From Chiloscyllium plagiosum (Eukaryota): a stretch of DNA of 56,171 nt. The position numbers were made by a program, and so were the translations under genes. The notes under the pieces were generated by a model. It was given only the letters and a program-made list of their open reading frames with translations, was not told the DNA's origin and ran no database searches. Below, piece after piece: positions 48,380 to 56,171 of the stretch (its first letter is position 1; each line of letters opens with the position of its first letter). Location of the stretch: NCBI RefSeq assembly GCF_004010195.1, contig NC_057718.1, positions 57,802,042 to 57,858,212 of the forward strand, read 5' to 3'.

Positions 48380-50470
48380 CAAGTATATCATCTGATATGA
48401 CACTTTCATCTCTCATTCAAAATTCTCATTCACTACCAGTCTGCCAAGTTGACTTATTTTCTCAATCTTAACAATGTCCCATCATTGATGTTTTCAACCT
48501 CCATCTGAACTCATCCTTTCTGCCCTCACAGTTCACTAATCGCTTACTGTCCCTAAATATGTTCCTCCTTGTAAACTTTATAAACCATATTTTCAGCAAC
48601 ATCCTTGACTTTATGCCTCATGTTGTATTTTCTAGTCCCATCCAATCTTTTAGAGGTAAATGAATCCCCGATCACTTCCTTATATCCTTCTTGTCCCCAA
48701 CAAACCTACTGTTCCTGAATCTACACTTGAGAAAAACTATTTCCCAAGTAGCTTGCACTTTTGAAATCCCAGCATTTAACCTTTGTCCATCTGTTCAGCA
48801 CTTCAGTCTGCAACTAGTGATTTGCTCAAATTCACACTCGCCTCTACATTTTTGACGGTGTAGTCCCTAATCAAACAATAAGATCTCTCAGCCCGGCTAC
48901 AACTCCTGGTACAGCCTGCAACTCTGCTCCCTTAAGTCATAGGGATGTGAGCACATTCTCCAAAACTGTTCACCATTCCAGGATCATCCTGGAAAACAAA
49001 GATTAAGTTCAAGTTTCTTAACTGTACTGTAAACCATCTTCTTAAACACCTCTTCCTATCCCTCAATTCCAATAAAAGAGCAAGGTACACAGTCACCAAG
49101 CTCATGACCATCTGATCAGTTGCCTTTGTCACTTTCTTTTCTTCCATTCACCCATCAGGTCAAATACTCTCCAAAGCCCATGTTCGGAATTAGATTTCTG
49201 ATTCATCTATGATCTCCTCATACTGCCCCGAGCTCTGCTTGTCCCTGAACCCCATTCCAATACTCATGAGACTCTATTCCTGCTAATTGCTGACTACCAA
49301 CGTCCCCTTACCATCCCATTTTAGCCAATATTGTTGGTGGTTCTCTGCCTTTAAATCACCACTCCCTTCAAAAAAAATTAACACTGATTTCACCTTTCTG
49401 GTAGATAACTGCCCCATTTCAAAGCTCCCTTTCTTTCCAAATTCCTTAATGATGATGTTTCCTCTCAAATCTGTGCATATCCTTCACAGAATCCCATGTT
49501 CACATGCCTCCACAGATTTCTACTCCTCCTAAAGTACTAGAAATGACTCTTCCCTAAATCACAAGTGTCATCATAAGTGACTGTGAAGAGTGACTGTGCA
49601 TAACATGAGTTTACATATATCCTAACGACACCCAGTTCTCGCTCATCACCACCTCGCTCAGTTATTTCAGCCTTGCTAACTAATCAAATGTTTATCAAAT
49701 GTGAAGATACTTTCTCCAAATAAATACCAGGCTGAAGCTGTTGCTTTCAATCCAAATTCCGTTTTCTAGCTACCGATGTCATACCTCACCTGGCAATAGT
49801 CTGCGATGAAACAACTTTGCTGAAATATTTGGCACTGAAATGAGCATCTGATCACATATTTATGCAATAAATACTCCCATCTCTGTCACATCACCTAGAT
49901 TTGCCATAGCACATCTGGATCAGAAACTTTTCATCATGTCTGGTCTCGATTGTTTCAATACACCTATACCTGGTCTTCCACATTCAACCCTTTGTAAACT
50001 TGAGGATATCCGAAACAATCCTCTTAAATTGCAGCAAGTCTCATTTCCCTACTGACCTTGTTCCCGCCAAACTTCATTGGCTCCCAGCCAAGCAGCAGCT
50101 TATTTTTAAAATTTTCATCCTCATTGTATTATTCCTTCTTCTCTTTGTAATTTCTCCAGTCCCACACAACTCTATGAAATAACAATGTTCCTCTAACTCT
50201 GGTATCTTGCACAGCCATCGTTTTAATCATTTCCATTATTAATGGCTATGTCTTCAGTTGTTAAGTTTCCAAATTCTACAATATCTTCTGTATATCTGTC
50301 CACTTCTCTACCTCACATCCCTTCTTTAAATCACTCCTTAAAAACTACCTGTTTGACTAACTTTTTAGTCATCTGTCCTAATATGTCTTTTTATGTCTTG
50401 GTTCCATATTTTACTTTACAATGTTTCCACAAAGTGCCTCGTACTACATTTTAGATGCTATAAAAATATA
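48380..50470 (+). mobile_element. Ancient L2-clade LINE ORF2 relic
   Basis: DNCPISKLPFF (NYRPISNLPFL-like, ORF 49287); tatcctaacgacacccag (YADDTQ-like, 49618); LHWLPAKQQLIFKIFIL (ORF 50000). Confidence 0.7.
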
Positions 50471-51739
50471 AGATGTCGTTGCCATAAACAAATGTGGTGC
50501 TTGAAGATTAACTGCCTTATCGGTAAGCACTGAATTGCGCCCAAAAATTTCATATTCAGCCCATCACTTAAATTAGTTGCATGCCTACACAGACAGAGCA
50601 GGGGAATGGCTCTACAGAAACAGGATTGCTCTACAAGAGAGCTGGCATGGATTCAATGGGCTGAATGATGTTCTTTAGTGCCAACATGACTCTCTGGCTG
50701 CCAGTTTTAGCTCAATGCTCCTTTCCATTATCACTTCTTCTTCCAGTGTTGCAAAACCTTCATTTGTGCTTTTTTTAACTGATATTTTGTGGGTGACACT
50801 TATACCTGGCACCTTATAGTTGGCACTTTGACAGGAAATCTACATGACACTTTATTTGTACCCAAAGTATACCAGTACACTCCCTACAATGACAATCGGT
50901 TGTCTAAAAAGCCAGATCAGAATATAAATATTATGGTTTGGCTATAACATTCAGAGAAAAATATTAGCTCACATGTAATATTGTTAAATTTTCAGACACC
51001 ATTTGTGTATTTTAGAGCACTTTGTGAGCGTTAGAGTAACCTTGAGCCACTAGAATGAGTTTTAAAATAGAAATCCTAATCTTATTCAAAACTAATCCTC
51101 TGTAGCTACTCTTCCAATGTTAGTGATGATATGAGTAACAGTTGAACTTCTTGTTAATTAAGCTTTCATTTCCTCATGCAAATGCGAATAACAAAATGTT
51201 CCTTGTACCAAACCTTACGGAATAAAACTGAATTGAAGTGAACTCTTTTCGAAGAAAGACCTTTTGAAAGCCTCTCTATAAATTGTGATTTGAAATATAG
51301 ATTGTAATATCATATCCTTTTCACGGTACCTTCTTCTCAATGTAAGATCGGCTATGTTTGAGAACATCAGCTGTTATGTTTGATTATGCTTTCCAATTGC
51401 TTTTAGTCTTGGATAAGTAAGAATAAATGAAAAGAATTAAATGAGGAGTAGCAAACTACTGCATAAAAACAGCTTACGATTTGAAGTGCTATCAATTTAC
51501 CAAAATAATTATATTTGTGTCATTCAAAATACAAAGGAAACTCGGTATTCAGAAGGTTAACCCTGCATTGGAGCATTTTGTATGACTGCACTTCCAAAGA
51601 TCAAGAGGAAATTATTTTTTGGTTCCAGAACACCCAAACCAAGGCTCACAAAAGGAGATCAAGAATTAATAGCTGACCACAGTATGACTACTTGCCCAGT
51701 TGTTAACCTAAACCGACTAAAGAAGGGAGCAGGGACATG

Positions 51740-52520
51740 ACTGCAGGATTATCTAGAGAAAAGCATTCTGCTGGCACACTGCAATACTACTGCGGTGTCA
51801 GCATTGTCAAGCACAAGAGTGGCCTGAAAGTGATCATTATTAATAATGTCAAATTGATTGAAAGTCTGCAAGTGAAGTAAGCTGGGTGAATTGAAATTAG
51901 CCTGCAGCATTGGCCCACAGAAAGAAAGTTGACACAAATTAGACACTGTCTTTCCTGGCTGATGCTATCAGCACTTGTATAGTGATGACAGAATTTGACA
52001 GATGAATTGTTTTTCATATAAACATATGTTCTTTCCTACCACCCAGTATTCCATGTAAAACTAAACTTCAATATTGCTTCCTACTCTTGTTGGCCATCAG
52101 CATTTTGAATCTATACACTAGCTATTTGCCCAGCTAGAGTGTTTAGCCTTGCTGATTATCTGTTATCTGAATATGGTCTCACCTTCCATCATTTTTTTAC
52201 CTTGGGCTTGTTGCCAAGTCTGTTTCTTTAATCCCTCTCTACTCTGCAATGGCTGAGCTCTATGGTAATCCAAATGGAGCAAAGACTGGATAGAATCTGG
52301 AGAGGAAGAGAAAAGATTGTTGTTCATGTCACAGTGACAGACTGGCTTACAATAAAGTATGGCTTCATCAGAAATCTGGTTACGTGTCAAAGACAATATC
52401 ATCCTCATCAGCAGTTGCTGTCCGATTAAAAAAAATTGCAATCAATTAGCACTTGCCAGTGTCTGAACTGATACGTGGATTAATCTTATAAACTGCTCTA
52501 ATGTTAATACATGAGAGTGG
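51740..52520. promoter_or_regulatory. Candidate conserved non-coding element / enhancer cluster
   Basis: No recognisable transposon; six TGACA/TGTCA cores within 51796-52000, TGATTGA at 51855 and several TAAT/ATTA cores. Conservation untested. Confidence 0.4.
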
Positions 52521-53929
52521 GCATCTCTGTAGGTGCAGAGGATACAGACAAAAACAATACATATTCTATATTTATGCTTATGAACTTAAATAGAAAAATA
52601 ATTACGTTAAAAGTTGTTATCACTTCACCTCATTTTTTTATTCGTAACAATTAATCTATTCAACCTAAAGAAATAAGAAGAATTATTAGGTAATCAGAAC
52701 AAATAGTTAAAAGGTAATTGTTACTTGTGGCTTTTACCACAATATTATGTCAGTCATAAATACTTTCAAATAGAAGTTATTTTGAAAAGGAAAATCACAA
52801 TTTTACCACAGTTATGAGTAAATAGACTAGAATTACCTTGACAGTTAAAGATTGCTTTCTTTCCTTACTCTTCTTTCAGTTGTCACCTAGTTCAAGCTAA
52901 TTTCTCGGTGGGAACAATTCCTATATTCTTCCTGTGTAAGACGCTTGCCTCTATGTGTTCACAGTGTACATGCTGAGCTTTGATTCCAGCAGTGACTGGA
53001 CTCTTCGAGTGAGGCTGTCCCTCTGACTGGCCTTTGGTTGGGAGGAGGTGGTGGGGCAAAGAGAGAAGAGAGGTCGAATGACGTGTGCTGTAGATCAAGA
53101 ATCCATCTCTTCTCATGCTGTTAATTTTAATGTAGCCCCATTAATCTCATGAATACAGACCTGAGTCAAATCAACTGATATTCTGCAACCTATTTTGCTC
53201 TGTCTTTAGCTGCTGGAGGGGGATTATCACAGCAGAATAAATTGTGACCATTAGAAATAATTACTGCAGTCCAGTTCACCCCCACACCTCTCTGCTCAGG
53301 GCCCCAGCTGATTCAAGCTGCATCCGTCCATACATAAATCATTCCCTTATTCCATTGGCTACAACCTACATGGCAAGTATTGATTTTTCTCTCTCCTTAT
53401 TTCCAGGGAACCTGTGGTGTTTGTTTTCAAAAAATTCTGGAAACATGATTTTCTTCGGGGAGTTTTATTGAAATGACTAAAATAGTAAAATATGTAGTGA
53501 CACCCGATGCCACAGGTATTGGCTGAGATTAGGCTTCGTAGTTACCTGCTTTATAAGCCTGTGAATATTATTGAGTTCTTCACTGTCTCAGAGTGGCCAT
53601 GAACACGACTGATGCTAACAGCTCTGTTGTAAAAAGCTTGTGCCCTATAACCTCTGCTATCAGTATCCTTCTCCTCAATCCTGAGAGGGAGCAGCTGGCT
53701 TTCAGTCCTGTGTGCAAGTTACCCGGAAGCACTCCTTCATATCTTCCCTTGATACTCTCTTATCTTGCACATTTCTTTCATAAGAAAAATAACCTTTTGG
53801 TTTCCATTATTTAACGAGAACCTGTGTGTTGTGCAGTTAACATCAAGACAGCTCTATTCTCCAGAAAATTTTCCACCTGATAATCAGAGCCAATGTTTTC
53901 TATATCTTACATATTAACTGAAAGTAACA

Positions 53930-54128
53930 ATTTGGACTTTTAATCTACACATGTTTACATATTTGTTGGAAAATAATACAGTGTAAAAGACAGCTTCAAT
54001 TGCATTTTTGATCAGTATTTTATATATAAAATATATAAAATACTGATCAAAAATGCATTTGAAGCTGTCTTTTACACTGTATTATTTTCCAACAAATATG
54101 TAAGCATGTGTAGATTAAAAGTCCAAAT
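53930..54128. repeat. Near-perfect palindrome, 98-bp arms, 3-nt spacer
   Basis: 53930-54027 is the reverse complement of 54031-54128 with 2 mismatches; followed by (TA)n. Confidence 0.97.
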
Positions 54129-55690
54129 ATATATATATATATAAAATACACACACATCATAATGATTGTGCCCATTAACTCCACAATAATGTGGACACAA
54201 TAATATTGTCATCTTAAACCTCTGGCGTACTTTTATTCAGCTTGAATATTCATGGTCCTCTGGTGTTGTTTTAATGTGTATGCACAGGGAGAACTCTATT
54301 TCAGTTTCCCAATAGCTGCTTATTTTTCTTGCTTTGTCTGCTCTGTGAAACCAATGTAGGTCACATATGATGGTAAACAAGGCTTGCTGTTATCTAAATT
54401 AGATCTAATTTTACCAGCGTGCACCCTTTCTAATTACTGCAAGATAACCTAGATTCCTTATAGCCAAGTCCAGTATTAGATGACGTCAGTAGACAGGAAT
54501 ACTACTTATGATTCAGCATGACAGAAAGATTCAGAATTGATTCATATTGATCTGATGGAAACCTTGAGGCCATTATCTTTAACTTCAATGACTTTTAGGC
54601 AGCCAGTGAATGTGAAATGTATTGGATGGCCTAGGTATGAGTCCCTGGGATTTTATCTTCCAGGCCTTATCAATAGAAATTTGACTACTAGAATTGGATA
54701 GAAGGTAGCAACTGACTCGGAGGAGAAGGGGGAGAACTTGGGAAGTGGGTAAGTCACAGAGAGGGTGGGGTTGTTGGGGTGATACTTTGTGGGGTCCTGT
54801 GGGAAAAGAGAAGTGGCCTCCATGCCAAAGCACATCACAACTTTTTTTAAGGGGTCCAGAGAAGCCTAACTACTGCTTGCTTGAGGCTGAAGGTTTTACA
54901 TTGGCCTTAAAGGTTCCTTGTGTCTCCAGATTTGACACATACATGCTTCAATCCATTTGGAAAACTTCAGCTATATCATTGTCAGTCTTCTTTTAAAGTG
55001 CAGTTGGGTTCCTTTTGATGTAATAGGACCTTAATTTCCAGAAAGCCATGCCTCATTTACTTGCAGTACTCAGCAGCTTAAAATGAGCAATGTTGGGGAA
55101 GTCTAGGTAAGAGTTGGAAAGTCATCATCTTATCCTGCAGATTACACTCACAACTTATCCTGTGCAATTCCTCTTGTATTGGTATAGCCACGACAAAAGA
55201 TCACAAAACTTTGAGTCCAAATTTCCTCAATCTTTTGTGATATTTTGGAAAACATCAGGCTAGAAACAGATGCCCAGGGTCATGTCACCCATATGAATGA
55301 TTCAACATTGGCAGTTTCTGCTAGGTCTGCCTGATTACATGATTATGGGCCATGGTGTACTTTGTGGCAGAATTCTTTCTCAATGTCAGGTGCATCTCAC
55401 TCCATCTTACATGCTTTTTCCACGTGGTGTGACGAGTTTCTGACTAGGCAACAGAGAATTGCCAATTAAGGGTGATTATTGCTTGTTAAATACATTATTG
55501 ATGATGAAACTTGCCTCAATATTCAACTTCCTGTCTTAGCAAGTTAGATGTTGAGAAACTGCAACATGTTAGAGTGAATACCTGACAAGTTCAATTCATC
55601 ACTCGCTATGAGGAGCCTTCATGTTGAACAGCACTAAACAGCATCTCAGGGTACAATTGATGGGCACCAGCCGTGCACCCCTCAACCCTT

Positions 55691-56171
55691 GGTAAAAACA
55701 ATGACTGCAGATGCTGGAAACCAGATTCTGGATCAGTGGTGCTGAAAGAGCACAGCAATTCAGGCAGCATCTGAGGACAGGCAAAATCCGAGGACAGGCA
55801 AAATCAATGTTTCGGGCAAAAGCCCTTCATCAGGAATAAAGGCAGAGAGCCTGAAGCGTGGAGAGATAAGCTAGAGGAGGGTGGGGGTGGGGAGAGAGTA
55901 GCATAGAGTACAATAGGTCAGTGGGGGAGGAGATGAAGGTGATAGGTCAGGGAGGAGAGGGTGGAGTGGATAGGTGGAAAAGGAGCTGGGCAGGTCGGAC
56001 AAGTCCGGACAGGTCAGGGGATCGAGTTTCTGGAGGTTAGAAGCTAGGATGAGGTGGGGGAAGGGGAAATGAGGAAACTGTTAAAATCCACATTGATGCC
56101 CTGGGGTTGAAGTGTTCCGAGGCGGAAGATGAGGCGTTCTTCTTCCATGCGTCTGGTGGTGAGGGAGCGGC
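55691..56171 (-). mobile_element. Penelope-like element 3' end (continues beyond the window)
   Basis: Minus strand from the window end reads RSLTTRRMEEERLIFRLGTLQPQGINVDFNSF (GIY-YIG domain C-terminus), then a pyrimidine-rich UTR and terminus. Confidence 0.92.
55803..55836 (-). ncRNA. Minimal hammerhead ribozyme-like motif in PLE terminus
   Basis: UUC-CUGAUGA-A-GGGC uuuu GCCC-GAAA-CAUU-GAU: both core boxes and helix II intact; palindromic helix III (ACGU in other copies) is mutated and helix I is weak. Confidence 0.6.

Noticed and set aside
52362..52415. Two CTGATGA motifs on the minus strand as a hammerhead or C/D snoRNA
   Set aside because: No helix II plus GAAA box follows either motif, and the spacing is too short for a C/D snoRNA.
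55875..56070. G-quadruplex-prone G-runs
   Set aside because: This is the ordinary complement of the PLE pyrimidine-rich 3' region, also seen at 38240-38330.

Overview
Repeat-rich vertebrate DNA, most likely a shark intron or gene desert (inferred from HE1-type SINEs, HER1/CR1 LINEs and DeuSINE-like fragments). No intact host protein-coding gene, rRNA, tRNA or CRISPR array is recognisable, and the ORF track is mostly transposon relics or noise. Roughly half the window is decayed mobile DNA: many CR1 pieces, L1, L2, Rex/Babar, a Tx1-clade LINE, two Gypsy families, a hAT transposase fossil, a Tigger-like MITE, SINEs, and at least 11 Penelope-like element (PLE) fragments. Highlights: (1) Tx1 3' ends stacked at one position inside a Gypsy LTR, suggesting target specificity; (2) minimal hammerhead-ribozyme motifs in the PLE termini, with fold-back structures and long target-site duplications (TSDs); (3) a 98-bp-arm near-perfect palindrome at 53930-54128; (4) a Gypsy relic with integrase upstream of RT (Gmr1-like) and another whose internal region is inverted relative to its LTRs; (5) transposon-free blocks with clustered developmental transcription-factor motifs (candidate conserved enhancers). 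Family names come from motif recognition by eye, not database searches, and boundaries of decayed elements are approximate.
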